Source: a virus
Taxonomy: Duplodnaviria; Caudoviricetes
IMG/VR virus record: IMGVR_UViG_649633106_000001
Direction: 5' to 3' (one strand)
Length of the DNA: 64,000 nucleotides
The notes under the pieces are model-generated. The model was not told the DNA's origin, did no database searches, and saw nothing but the letters and a program-made list of their open reading frames with translations. Position numbers and translations under genes: made by a program. Of the stretch, positions 1 through 8,632 are shown piece after piece (positions within the stretch are counted from its first letter, which is position 1; every line of letters begins with the position of its first letter).

Positions 1-222
1 GTTGTCGCACGAGTGCATGACCACCTCGCCAGGCTTTAGTGACTCGCGGTTGAAGCGCTCCCAGGCGGTGCGGTGCGCCCGCTCTCGGCCCTCGTAGCCG
101 TCCGAGTCCACGGGTCCTTTCCACGGCCAGCAGGCGTCAGGGCCGCCCGACATATCGACCTGCGACCAGAACGGCGATTCAGCGGCGCCGGCGATAATGC
201 TTTCAACTGTGTGAGGGGTCAT
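1..222 (-). CDS. HNH endonuclease, 3' end outside the window
   Basis: Manual translation from ATG 222 (ATGA overlap with integrase stop): MTPHTVESIIAGAAESPFWSQVDMSGGPDACWPWKGPVDSDGYEGRERAHRTAWERFNRESLKPGEVVMHSCDN; CWxWxG..AHR..VMHSCDN is the phage HNH pattern. Confidence 0.8.
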   Translation of the reverse strand, partial: MTPHTVESIIAGAAESPFWSQVDMSGGPDACWPWKGPVDSDGYEGRERAHRTAWERFNRESLKPGEVVMHSCDN

Positions 223-1247
223 AGTGATTTGCGGCGCACCTCTCGGCTGCGTTCATACACCCCAGCCGTTGTCTTCGGATCAGCGTGCAATTCTGGTAGT
301 TCGCCAAACTTCAATTTGAAATACGTCGTGTAGTGACCGCGCAGGTCGTGAAAAGTGAAGCGCTCTTCGATTATTTTTTCGTTGAGCGCTTTTTGCATTA
401 GACGCTGCCACATCCCTTTGAATCCGGCTTCGGAATAGGCGTTGTTGGTGCGTGGTGCGCGGAATACCGGACCCATCGGCGAATAGCCTTCAGTCGCTTT
501 CATTCGGTCGAGGACTTCTTGAAGGGCCGTGCTCACGCCGATCAATTCGCGCTTCGATTTTTTACCCCGTTGCTTCGCGCGCTGCAGCCGAATGATTTCC
601 TCATCGACCTGGGGCCAATGCAGCTTCAGGAACTCGGCGCGCCGGTTGCCCGTCAGGGCGGCGAACTGGGCCATGCTGACCAGCACGACATTGCTGGGGC
701 CTTGCTGTAGCGCCCATGCAACAAACGGATCAAATTCTTTTTTCTCGACCAGCCGGTCGCGGGATTCCTCCGGGTTCCGGCGCACCTCCTTGCACGGGTT
801 GCGGTCGATGTCGCCCAGTTCGACGGCCAAGTTGAAGAGGTTGGACAGCAGCGCAACCTCGCGGTTGGCCACCACGGGCGCACTGGTCCGGTGCACGCGC
901 AGGTAGCGCGCGATGTCCTTGGGCTTCGTAGCGGCCACCACGCCGCGGGCGAAGACCTTCTCCAGTTCCTTCCAGTTGTCGCGGTACTGGGCCTTGGTGC
1001 TTTCGGCCAGTCGCTTGAACTCGGGCCGCTCTTGGTAGAGGCGCCAGAGGCGCGAGAACTGCCCTTCATCCGTCGATTTGTTGCTTAGGTCCAACACCTG
1101 TTGGATCGCGGCGCCCTTGTCTCGGCCAAGGTTGATCGGCTTCCCATTGAAGGGGTGATACCGGTACGTGAAGCCGCCGTTCTTGAGGGGGCGGGCTTCC
1201 ATGCGCGGCAGCAGGCCGAGCTGAGACTGTCGATCACGTTGTCTCAT
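219..1247 (-). CDS. int: Tyrosine recombinase / phage integrase
   Basis: TGNRRAE (R), FHDLR (HxxR), LHADPKTTAGVY (H, Y); ATG 1247 overlaps the xis stop. Confidence 0.95.
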   Translation of the reverse strand: MRQRDRQSQLGLLPRMEARPLKNGGFTYRYHPFNGKPINLGRDKGAAIQQVLDLSNKSTDEGQFSRLWRLYQERPEFKRLAESTKAQYRDNWKELEKVFARGVVAATKPKDIARYLRVHRTSAPVVANREVALLSNLFNLAVELGDIDRNPCKEVRRNPEESRDRLVEKKEFDPFVAWALQQGPSNVVLVSMAQFAALTGNRRAEFLKLHWPQVDEEIIRLQRAKQRGKKSKRELIGVSTALQEVLDRMKATEGYSPMGPVFRAPRTNNAYSEAGFKGMWQRLMQKALNEKIIEERFTFHDLRGHYTTYFKLKFGELPELHADPKTTAGVYERSREVRRKSL

Positions 1248-1495
1248 GCTTGCTTGCCCCAATTCAATCCATTCGATGCCTCTTCCCGGCCTTCGCCGGG
1301 CTGGTTGGTGGCCTTTGCCAGCGCAGCGCGCGCGGCGTCGCGACCGACGATGGCCGTGCCGTCAATCGGGTGCCGGTGATGTGGAATCCCAAGGTGCTCC
1401 AGCACGCGCGCTTGGGCGGCGTACCGGCTGCGCCTTGTGATGCGTTTCAGCTCGTCGGGGGTGAGCTCAAGTGGCTCGTTGGCTGCGGAGGGCAT
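1244..1495 (-). CDS. Excisionase-like DNA-binding protein (DUF4224-like)
   Basis: LTPDELKRIT..RYAAQARVL..LGIPH..DG pattern, directly upstream of int. Confidence 0.75.
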   Translation of the reverse strand: MPSAANEPLELTPDELKRITRRSRYAAQARVLEHLGIPHHRHPIDGTAIVGRDAARAALAKATNQPGEGREEASNGLNWGKQA

Positions 1496-1522
1496 ACTGC
1501 AGAGGCCTACAGAGGAGAAAGA

Positions 1523-1792
1523 ATGTCAGGAGCGAACGTCAAGACTTGGACCGCTGGTGAATTGCAGCGGCTCCTGGATTGCGAGCTTGCAGAGGCCGAG
1601 GAGGCCATCGCGGCGTTCGGCGCCACAGCGCCAAAAGACGACCTACTCCGAAAGGTGATGGCCATTCGGAGGGCCAAGGCCCTGGTGCTCGCAGCCCGGA
1701 AAATGGTGGCTGAAAGGGCGGCCAAGGCGTCGCTCGAGCCAGAGTCCTTCGACGAGGAGCCCGATACAGAGGCTTCCGCGCCTCGCCCATGA
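1523..1792 (+). CDS. Hypothetical protein
   Basis: AGAGGAG SD before ATG 1523; ATGA coupling to the next ORF. Confidence 0.55.
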   Translation: MSGANVKTWTAGELQRLLDCELAEAEEAIAAFGATAPKDDLLRKVMAIRRAKALVLAARKMVAERAAKASLEPESFDEEPDTEASAPRP

Positions 1793-2031
1793 GCAAGGCG
1801 ACGCGCACGGCGCGCCAGCTGCAAGAGATCCTGATTGAGCGCATCGAATCGCTGCCGGGCTTGGCCGGGCAGGTCACCGACGTGCATCTCGGCGGCGTGC
1901 GATGGACGGATGGAGGCGAGGGCGGCCCGACGTGGACGGTGCCGATCCTTCGCGACCGCGATCAGCACCGGCCCGACATTGCGCGCGTCATCAAGCAGGC
2001 GCAGATGGAATTCGACCTCGACGAGGATTGA
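1789..2031 (+). CDS. Hypothetical protein
   Basis: 80-aa globular-looking ORF coupled to the previous ORF. Confidence 0.65.
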   Translation: MSKATRTARQLQEILIERIESLPGLAGQVTDVHLGGVRWTDGGEGGPTWTVPILRDRDQHRPDIARVIKQAQMEFDLDED

Positions 2032-2033
2032 GG

Positions 2034-2231
2034 TCATGCCGTGCCCGCCTCCTGCGGGCTAGCCGTCGGCTCGGGATCACCGCAGATCCAGACCAGCGCT
2101 TTGCGCGGCAACGTGCGCTCGGCCGGGAACGGCCAGCCGGGCGTGTGTGTGCGTAGGCGCACCAGGTCGCCAGTGCGCTCAAGTTCGACGCCGAACTCAT
2201 CCTTCCCCATGACCTTGTAAGTACGCGTCAT
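2034..2231 (-). CDS. Hypothetical protein
   Basis: 65-aa ORF, ATGA-coupled to the upstream HTH gene. Confidence 0.55.
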   Translation of the reverse strand: MTRTYKVMGKDEFGVELERTGDLVRLRTHTPGWPFPAERTLPRKALVWICGDPEPTASPQEAGTA

Positions 2232-2563
2232 TGGTTTCGGACGCCTCTGGTCGATGGAGTGGCTTCAGCCGTGGCATCGCGTAGCAGTTCCCATCCGGGG
2301 CAACCGAGCGCGGCGGCGATGCGTTCCAGCGAGGCGAGCGTCATGTTGGCGCGCAGGACCCGCGACAGCGTGCCCGTGGACCAGCGGGCACGGCGTTCGA
2401 GCTCGTTGAGGCTCATGCCGGCGGCCTTGGCACGCGTCATGACGATTTCGCGAACGGACGGCGCGACGCCGCGCTGTCGGTGAATGCGCGGGCCGTTGGC
2501 TCCTTGAGCACGACTTGGATCTCGTGCGTGCGCGCTTTCGGGGGAAGTATTGAGGAGGTTCAT
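2228..2563 (-). CDS. XRE-family HTH protein
   Basis: GMSLNELERRARWSTGTLSRVL..TLASLERIAAALGC. Confidence 0.75.
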   Translation of the reverse strand: MNLLNTSPESAHARDPSRAQGANGPRIHRQRGVAPSVREIVMTRAKAAGMSLNELERRARWSTGTLSRVLRANMTLASLERIAAALGCPGWELLRDATAEATPSTRGVRNQ

Positions 2564-2586
2564 ACTGCCGCCTTCAAGGAGTCAGG

Positions 2587-3234
2587 ATGGGGAAAATGAA
2601 CGGTTGGAAAATGCTGATCGCGTGGACTCTCTGCGCGCTGCTCATCGCCTTGGTGGCTGGCTGGCCCACTGTCGTCAACTGGACAAACGCCAACAGCGGC
2701 CTCGCATCCTGGGTTCAAGCGGTGTTTTCTGTGCTTGCTATCTCGGCGACGGCAGGCGTCGTCTTTTGGCAGCACGATCTGGAGCGTGGGCGCCAGAAGG
2801 AGGTCGATGTCGAGACTCGCAAGCGCAGGCATGCGGTCGTGGTCGCCCTCGCGCACACCAGCTTGACGCAGGCAAAGTGGCTGCGAACGAAGATGCCTGA
2901 TCGCGCTACCGTCGTCGAAATCCACGACAAGACCATCTACTTCGAAATGGACGACATCGCTCGACTCGGATTGCACATTACGTCCGTGCCACTCCACGAA
3001 TTCGATGACCCCGTCATGCTGCGTGACTTCGTAATCCTGATGGAGCACTGTCGGGAGTTGAGGAGCTTGCTCGCGTTTGGCGTTTCTGCAGCCCGCACGC
3101 TTAACACGACGAGTGCCGCCCAACTTTTCGAGGCATTCGACAATCACATTGGGCACTGCAAAACAAGCTTCGAGAACCTGAAGGCAAGAGCGGACCAGAT
3201 CGCTGCCGGGACTCATGCAACCCCGATTTTCTAA
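2587..3234 (+). CDS. Two-TM membrane protein (WVQA motif), moron
   Basis: Two N-terminal hydrophobic helices, SWVQAVFSVLAI; AAGGAG SD; opposite to the surrounding operon. Confidence 0.75.
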   Translation: MGKMNGWKMLIAWTLCALLIALVAGWPTVVNWTNANSGLASWVQAVFSVLAISATAGVVFWQHDLERGRQKEVDVETRKRRHAVVVALAHTSLTQAKWLRTKMPDRATVVEIHDKTIYFEMDDIARLGLHITSVPLHEFDDPVMLRDFVILMEHCRELRSLLAFGVSAARTLNTTSAAQLFEAFDNHIGHCKTSFENLKARADQIAAGTHATPIF

Positions 3235-3306
3235 GCCGGCCAGACCAAGGCAAAGGCAAAGGCCGTACGCCCCGCCAAGCAGGGACAGTTCGAACCGGAG
3301 GAATAA

Positions 3307-3858
3307 ATGCAGCAAGATGACGACCCAAATTGGGCTCCCGCGATCGGGGCACTCGCCCTCGTCCTCTTGCTTGCCAGTCTTGCCCTCGTCGCTGCGGGCG
3401 GTTGGTCGTGGTTCGCCAAGTTTTTGGAGTCGGCAGCCCCTGCCTGGGTGCAAGCCGTTGGCTCTCTCATCGCTCTCGGGATTGCAATCTGGCTTCCGAG
3501 GCGGCAGCGATCGCTTGAGCGCTCGGATGCACGAAGAAAAGCTCTTAGCTTCACAGCGCTGCTCGTTAGCGCCGCTCGAGGCGCGGACAAAGTGGTTCAA
3601 GCGAACAGCCCCGCGAGACTGCAATCGCTGAAGCATCTTGTCGAGCAATCGGCCCGCCTTGGCCCTCTCGTACCCGTTGATCTCCTTCCAACCGACAAGA
3701 TAGCGATCTTCGTAGCGCTGGCTGCAATGGCTGAGGAGATGAAGCTCGCTATCGCGGACATGGAGCCGCGCTCCACCTTTGGAGACGGTGAGCGCCAAGA
3801 TTTTCGTGCCCGCCTTGAATCGATTGAGGACCTGGCGGCCAAGCTGTTCAACGAGTGA
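3307..3858 (+). CDS. Two-TM membrane protein (WVQA motif), paralogue of 2587-3234
   Basis: AWVQAVGSLIAL; GGAGGA SD. Confidence 0.75.
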   Translation: MQQDDDPNWAPAIGALALVLLLASLALVAAGGWSWFAKFLESAAPAWVQAVGSLIALGIAIWLPRRQRSLERSDARRKALSFTALLVSAARGADKVVQANSPARLQSLKHLVEQSARLGPLVPVDLLPTDKIAIFVALAAMAEEMKLAIADMEPRSTFGDGERQDFRARLESIEDLAAKLFNE

Positions 3859-4006
3859 TAGGACTAGCGACCGAGTCCCATGCCACGCTGTTTCACGAGG
3901 GGTAGCGATTCGATCGCCGAACACCGCTCGGCACGGAGGCATCGGCCACATGCGGGCAGTTTGGATGGTCGGCGAAGGCCTCATGCTCTCTCCTGCTGAA
4001 GGTGAT

Positions 4007-5104
4007 TCATGCGGCTAGCGGCTGCGCGTGAGCGGCCTTGGCCTCTGCGGCGCGGCGCGCGAGGGCGTCGCAAATTTGCGGGAACTGGTGCTCGTGATAG
4101 AGCGTGGCGCCTCGTTCGCGCGAAGCGGGTCCGATGCCCAGGCCGCGCAGCTGCTCGGCGGTCAAGGCGAATCCGAGCCGCTCGGCGATGACGCCGATGC
4201 GCAGCGCGGGTGTGCCGTGGTCGGCGGCTTCATTGGCGGCGGGCGCAACCGGTAGGGCCTGCTGGATCGGCGCTGGCGCAGCAACCGGTGCGTGCACAGC
4301 GCGGCGGACGGAGTAGCTGGTCAGCGTCGGGCGAGGGCGCGCCTGCTCGGCCTCTTGGCGATGCTCTTCGTCCTGCGCGACTGGCGCGGCGGTTTCCTCT
4401 GCTGCGGGCGCTGCGGCAGGCTGCTGGCGCTTCAGTTCATCGAGCTGGGCCTGCAGCCGCTCGTTCTCCAGGCGCAGCGCCTCTGCTGCGGCGCGTTCGC
4501 GCGCTTCGGAGATCAGCTTCTCCAGAACGCGGATGGTCGCGTCCTTCTGCGCCGCGGCGCGCACGGCGAAGTCCGCGAAGACCTCTGCGCTCACGTCGAT
4601 GTCCCGCACGTAGGCCAACCCGGCTTCGATGCGGTCGATGGGTAGCCCCTCGGCCTTGGCCACGTAGCCCTCGATCGTGGCGATTGCGTCCAGGTGCTTC
4701 TGTTTGCGCTCGGCTTCGATGCGATCGCGCTCCGCCTTCTCGTCTGCCAGCTTCTTCTCGTGAGCCTTGATCTGGTCGTCGACGACGGTTTCGACGGGCT
4801 CCACGAGTTCGATCAACCGCGTGGCCTCGCCGTCGACGACCTTCTTGCAGTCGTTGAGTTGGTCTTTGGTCTTGTCGCGCAGGCGCTGCAGGGCGAAGCG
4901 GCCCGATTCGCGAAGCTCCAGACGTGCATCCTTGGCGGCCTTGTAGCCCTTCGGCGTGCTCATGTCGAAGGCGACATCGCGGTACCGCTCCGCGAGGGTC
5001 TTAACCTCGGTTTCAAGGGGCGCGAAGAGCGCCAGTGCAGCCTGGGCAATGGTCTGCGGCTGGGTCGCTACTTCGCTGGGAGTAATGGTGGATAGATCGG
5101 ACAT
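4007..5104 (-). CDS. Coiled-coil phage protein of the recombination cluster
   Basis: Long helical ORF with GAGAGG SD, follows the exonuclease; ends QPLAA. Confidence 0.8.
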   Translation of the reverse strand: MSDLSTITPSEVATQPQTIAQAALALFAPLETEVKTLAERYRDVAFDMSTPKGYKAAKDARLELRESGRFALQRLRDKTKDQLNDCKKVVDGEATRLIELVEPVETVVDDQIKAHEKKLADEKAERDRIEAERKQKHLDAIATIEGYVAKAEGLPIDRIEAGLAYVRDIDVSAEVFADFAVRAAAQKDATIRVLEKLISEARERAAAEALRLENERLQAQLDELKRQQPAAAPAAEETAAPVAQDEEHRQEAEQARPRPTLTSYSVRRAVHAPVAAPAPIQQALPVAPAANEAADHGTPALRIGVIAERLGFALTAEQLRGLGIGPASRERGATLYHEHQFPQICDALARRAAEAKAAHAQPLAA

Positions 5105-5112
5105 AAAGCCTC

Positions 5113-6042
5113 TCAAAACGGGTTGTCGACAACAGGACGACCGCTGCGCGCGGGCGCGGCGGGCTCAGGGAGCAGGGGGGGCATGGGTGCGGGAGCCGGG
5201 TCAGGGTCCGCCGCGCTCACGACGGCTGGAGCGGGCGCGTCTGCCGGCGCGACCTTGGGAGCGCCGGACATCTTTGCGGGCGTGCGCAGCACCTCGAGGT
5301 GGCTGTCCACCAGCCGCATGAAGCCGATCAGGTCGGCTTCGAGAGCAGCGATGGCGTCTTCGTTGCGGTAGATGCGCTTGACGAACAGATCCTTGCCGAC
5401 CGGTTCCAGCCACGGGCAATACACCACCAGGTCGCACCACTGGCGCCCGGTGATCCAGAGGCCGCCGTTGATTTGGTCGATGTATTCGAGGTGCGCGGTT
5501 TCCGGACTAGCCCAGACCTGCCCCAGCTTGTCGCACGAGAACGGGCATTTGATTTCGACCATGCCGTCGTCATCGATCAGGCCGTCGGACGAGTACCCGA
5601 ATCGCTCGTCATCGGTCAGGATCAGGCTGACTTCCTCGACCAGCGCACCCGTGCGCTTCTCGTAGACCACACGCGCCCTGGGTTCGAGATCCCGCCCACG
5701 GCGCATTGCGTACGTGACGAACGTGTCGTCGAGCGGTTCGCGGCTGATCGTTTCGAAGGCCACGAGCCAGGCGTACTTGATCGCCGAGGCGCCGGGCTCT
5801 TCAGTCGGCTCGCCGTTCAGCGCCTTGGCGATGCCCCCCGCCACCGGCTTGGATTTGTAGCCGGCCTTGGCGCGTGCATCAGGCTCATCCATGCCAAGCT
5901 GCAGCGCTTCGACATAGAGGCGCTGTTGGTCGGTCAGGCCGCCCACCTTCTCGCGCGCCTCGCTGAAACGGGAGGCGGTGGCCACGCCGCAGCGTGCACG
6001 CAGCCAGTCTTCGCTGCCCTGGGTGTAGTTCAGCAGGATCAC
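5113..6042 (-). CDS. YqaJ/lambda-exonuclease-family recombination nuclease
   Basis: QGSEDWLRARCGVATAS, GRDLEPRAR, YSSDGL, EIKCP, QINGGLW; GTG 6042 overlaps the ERF stop. Confidence 0.9.
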   Translation of the reverse strand: MILLNYTQGSEDWLRARCGVATASRFSEAREKVGGLTDQQRLYVEALQLGMDEPDARAKAGYKSKPVAGGIAKALNGEPTEEPGASAIKYAWLVAFETISREPLDDTFVTYAMRRGRDLEPRARVVYEKRTGALVEEVSLILTDDERFGYSSDGLIDDDGMVEIKCPFSCDKLGQVWASPETAHLEYIDQINGGLWITGRQWCDLVVYCPWLEPVGKDLFVKRIYRNEDAIAALEADLIGFMRLVDSHLEVLRTPAKMSGAPKVAPADAPAPAVVSAADPDPAPAPMPPLLPEPAAPARSGRPVVDNPF

Positions 6043-6854
6043 GACGGGCGACCTCCTGCTTTCAACTTCCGCCGGTGGGCGATGACCGCGTCCTTGAACT
6101 CGGTGTAGAGGTCGCGGCGCTTCGTATCCGCCAGCGCGATGCAACCTTCTGCCCACAGTGCCGCTGCTTCGCCATCGGTCTTGGTGCCCTGGAGACGATC
6201 GAACAGCGAGTCGGCGAGGCGATCCGCATCACTGACCTGTCTCGGGTCGTTGGGGCCGGGGCCGGCCCCATTGCCGTCGTCGTCGTTCTCGCCGATGGCC
6301 ACGTTGAAGATCAGCTTCAGCAGGTAGCGCTGTCCATATGTCATGGCTGAGCCGGAAGCGTGGGTTTTGGTCATCACGTCGCCGCCCTTGGCGCCCTTGC
6401 CGTCGGCAGGCATGTCGCACTTGTATGTGCGCATGTGGCCGGCCGCGTGCGAGACGTAGCAGAGGATTCGGACGTGGCCCGCCTGGTCACTCGTGGCGGT
6501 GTCGAAGCTGAGCGCGAAGCCGTTCTTCGTGTAGATCGGGCGCAGGGCTCGGTTGAGCTGCGCGTAGCTGGCGTAGGTGCTGCGGGTCTGCGGATTGACC
6601 GCGTCGGCCGAGATCGGCCCCATGGCGGCCTGCGCCTTGGTCATCGCCGCGTTGAACTTCTGTTCGTTGGCACGGGCGTGCATGCGCTCGTGCATGCTCA
6701 ACAGCCGCTCCATCTTGTCGATGTCGACGTTCGGGTCGTTGGCAGCGGCCGTGATGGCGTGCATGACGGTCGCAATCTCGTTGCGCGGCGGGAGGACCAA
6801 CTGCGCTTGCGGCGCAAGAACCTCCGGCTCTGGGCGGGCGAGTGCGGCTGTCAC
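6039..6854 (-). CDS. erf: ERF-family ssDNA annealing protein
   Basis: GSAMTYGQRYLL..FNV..GENDDDG signature. Confidence 0.9.
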   Translation of the reverse strand: MTAALARPEPEVLAPQAQLVLPPRNEIATVMHAITAAANDPNVDIDKMERLLSMHERMHARANEQKFNAAMTKAQAAMGPISADAVNPQTRSTYASYAQLNRALRPIYTKNGFALSFDTATSDQAGHVRILCYVSHAAGHMRTYKCDMPADGKGAKGGDVMTKTHASGSAMTYGQRYLLKLIFNVAIGENDDDGNGAGPGPNDPRQVSDADRLADSLFDRLQGTKTDGEAAALWAEGCIALADTKRRDLYTEFKDAVIAHRRKLKAGGRPS

Positions 6855-7087
6855 TTTGCGGTGCCCCAGAGAGCGAACCAGGAATCGCGCGGGCCTTCGC
6901 CGTACATGGCGAGCAGCACGGCGGCCAGGATCAGCAACAGCACCAGGGCGCCGACGATCAGATAGTCGCGACCGGTGGAAGGAAACCAGAGGTCACCGAT
7001 GACCTCGTCGTTGGCCGCCGGCGGAAAGCCGGTCGGGGCGGTGACGCCGGCGTGCGGGCGCGGCGGATGGACAAGGCGAACGCTCAC
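6851..7087 (-). CDS. Small membrane protein
   Basis: GTG start, one TM helix, coupled to neighbours. Confidence 0.55.
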   Translation of the reverse strand: MSVRLVHPPRPHAGVTAPTGFPPAANDEVIGDLWFPSTGRDYLIVGALVLLLILAAVLLAMYGEGPRDSWFALWGTAK

Positions 7088-7203
7088 GATGCGATCCTTT
7101 CGTAGAGGAGGAGGGCGAAGACGAAGATGCCGGCCAGCGCGCAAGCGGCGGTGACCACCTTGTGCGGGTCGGCGAGGAGGGTGTTGAGACGGACGCGGTT
7201 CAT
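7084..7203 (-). CDS. 39-aa membrane peptide
   Basis: Manual translation MNRVRLNTLLADPHKVVTAACALAGIFVFALLLYERIAS; overlaps both neighbours. Confidence 0.5.
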   Translation of the reverse strand: MNRVRLNTLLADPHKVVTAACALAGIFVFALLLYERIAS

Positions 7204-7391
7204 CGCGTGCCTCTCGTGGCTGCGTGCTCGGCGGTGCGATCGGTGGACACCGCGGTCGACCGGCGCAGCGCGGCGGTTTCCGACTTCTTGCTGTCCATCC
7301 AGGCCATGAGCACCAGCAGGACGAAGCAGGCGAAGGTGCCGAGCGCCCAGTCGACGGCGTGCTGAGCGAAGGAGCGGCGGGCGGTGCTCAC
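7200..7391 (-). CDS. Small membrane protein
   Basis: 63 aa, one TM helix, coupled. Confidence 0.5.
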   Translation of the reverse strand: MSTARRSFAQHAVDWALGTFACFVLLVLMAWMDSKKSETAALRRSTAVSTDRTAEHAATRGTR

Positions 7392-8143
7392 GCTGCGACC
7401 TCGGCTGACACCATGATCGTGTTGACCATCGTTCCCGACGCCTTGAAGGCGCCCTCGGGCAGCGGCTCGACGGTGCCGCCCAGCGAGCGGATCAAGTCAT
7501 TGAACTCGACCGTTCGGCGATCGGTGCGAAAGGTCGGCCCGTTCGACATGATCGAGGTCAGCCGGCCGCCGGGCTTGAGGAATTGGAGCGCGTGCGTGAC
7601 GTGCTTGATGTCCGCGTGCTTCGCGAACGGCGGATTCATCACCACGCGGTCGTAGATGGCGGTCGGGGCTACTGTCAGGAAGTCAGCCTCCTGCACGTTG
7701 AAGCCCTGGCCGACGAGTTCGCTGGCGTTCTCCGGCAGAAGCTCGATGCAGCGCACGGTGGCGCCGGCGGCGCGCAATATGCGAGCGATGGCGCCGTGCC
7801 CAGCCGATGGCTCCAGGACCAGCGCGCCGGGCTGGATGTGGGCGGCGGCCACAGCCCTGCGGGCGATGGGCTCCGGCGTCTCGAAGAAGCCGAATTCCTG
7901 CTGCTTGGTCTTCGTTGTGAGCACCTCGCCGGTCAGCAGGATCTGCTCGAGCGCGTCATCGGCGTCGCAGGCAAAGAGGTGGGCCTTCGCCTTGCGGTCC
8001 CAGCGGCCGCCCACGGCCTCGAGGACACCATTCACCGCGGTGTAGGTCTTGCGATCGAGCTGTCCGACCAGGCGCAGCGCGTTGCCGCTGGTGTCGGCGC
8101 GCTCGATGACAGCGAGCACGGCGGAATCGATGCGGCGGCTCAT
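7388..8143 (-). CDS. SAM-dependent (probably adenine) DNA methyltransferase
   Basis: FFETP, VLEPSAGHGAI, VMNPPF. Confidence 0.85.
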   Translation of the reverse strand: MSRRIDSAVLAVIERADTSGNALRLVGQLDRKTYTAVNGVLEAVGGRWDRKAKAHLFACDADDALEQILLTGEVLTTKTKQQEFGFFETPEPIARRAVAAAHIQPGALVLEPSAGHGAIARILRAAGATVRCIELLPENASELVGQGFNVQEADFLTVAPTAIYDRVVMNPPFAKHADIKHVTHALQFLKPGGRLTSIMSNGPTFRTDRRTVEFNDLIRSLGGTVEPLPEGAFKASGTMVNTIMVSAEVAA

Positions 8144-8262
8144 GCTGCGCACCATTTGAGTGGAGCCATGGCGCGCTCGCGGCGCACCTCGGCGTAGCGG
8201 CGCCGCATGGCGGCGATCTGGCGCTGGATTTCCAGCAGCTGGGCTTGCAGGACTGCCTTCAC
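8140..8262 (-). CDS. 40-aa hypothetical protein
   Basis: Manual translation MKAVLQAQLLEIQRQIAAMRRRYAEVRRERAMAPLKWCAA; overlaps both neighbours. Confidence 0.45.
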   Translation of the reverse strand: MKAVLQAQLLEIQRQIAAMRRRYAEVRRERAMAPLKWCAA

Positions 8263-8456
8263 GCCAGCCTCGCCGAGCGGTTGTGGGAGAGCTCGAGGCT
8301 CACGGCGGCCGCGGCCCGCAGCCGGTCCAGTGCCCCGGCGTCCTTGGCGACCGCATAGGCGCGGTCGAAGGCGATCAGCTGCTCTTCGCTGAAGTCATCG
8401 CCGGGCGATACCGCGGCCAGCGTGGGGTGGGCGCTTCGCCCGGGGTTGTTGTGCAT
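8259..8456 (-). CDS. First gene of the leftward early operon, hypothetical
   Basis: GAGGAG SD, downstream of PL. Confidence 0.6.
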   Translation of the reverse strand: MHNNPGRSAHPTLAAVSPGDDFSEEQLIAFDRAYAVAKDAGALDRLRAAAAVSLELSHNRSARLA

Positions 8457-8494
8457 TTGCGCTCCTCGTAGGCCGGTTGGTGGCCCTGAGAAGT

Positions 8495-8538
8495 AATTTA
8501 GCGAAACGCAAAATGACTGTCAATAGCGAAACGCGAAA
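8495..8538 (-). promoter_or_regulatory. PL promoter with two operators (OL)
   Basis: Minus strand TTGACA (8523-8518), 17 bp, TAAATT (8500-8495); operators TAGCGAAACGCAAAA 8499-8513 and TAGCGAAACGCGAAA 8524-8538. Confidence 0.85.
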
Positions 8539-8577
8539 TTGCCTCGATATTGGTTTTGGCCCTGTGGCGAGGGGCGC

Positions 8578-8602
8578 AAAAAAGCCCGCGCGAGGCGGGC
8601 TT
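8578..8602 (-). terminator. Intrinsic terminator after cI
   Basis: AAGCCCGC/GCGGGCTT stem with A6 on + (U-tract on -). Confidence 0.8.
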
Positions 8603-8632
8603 CGGTGTGCGGGGGGAGGGGGGAGGCTGGGG

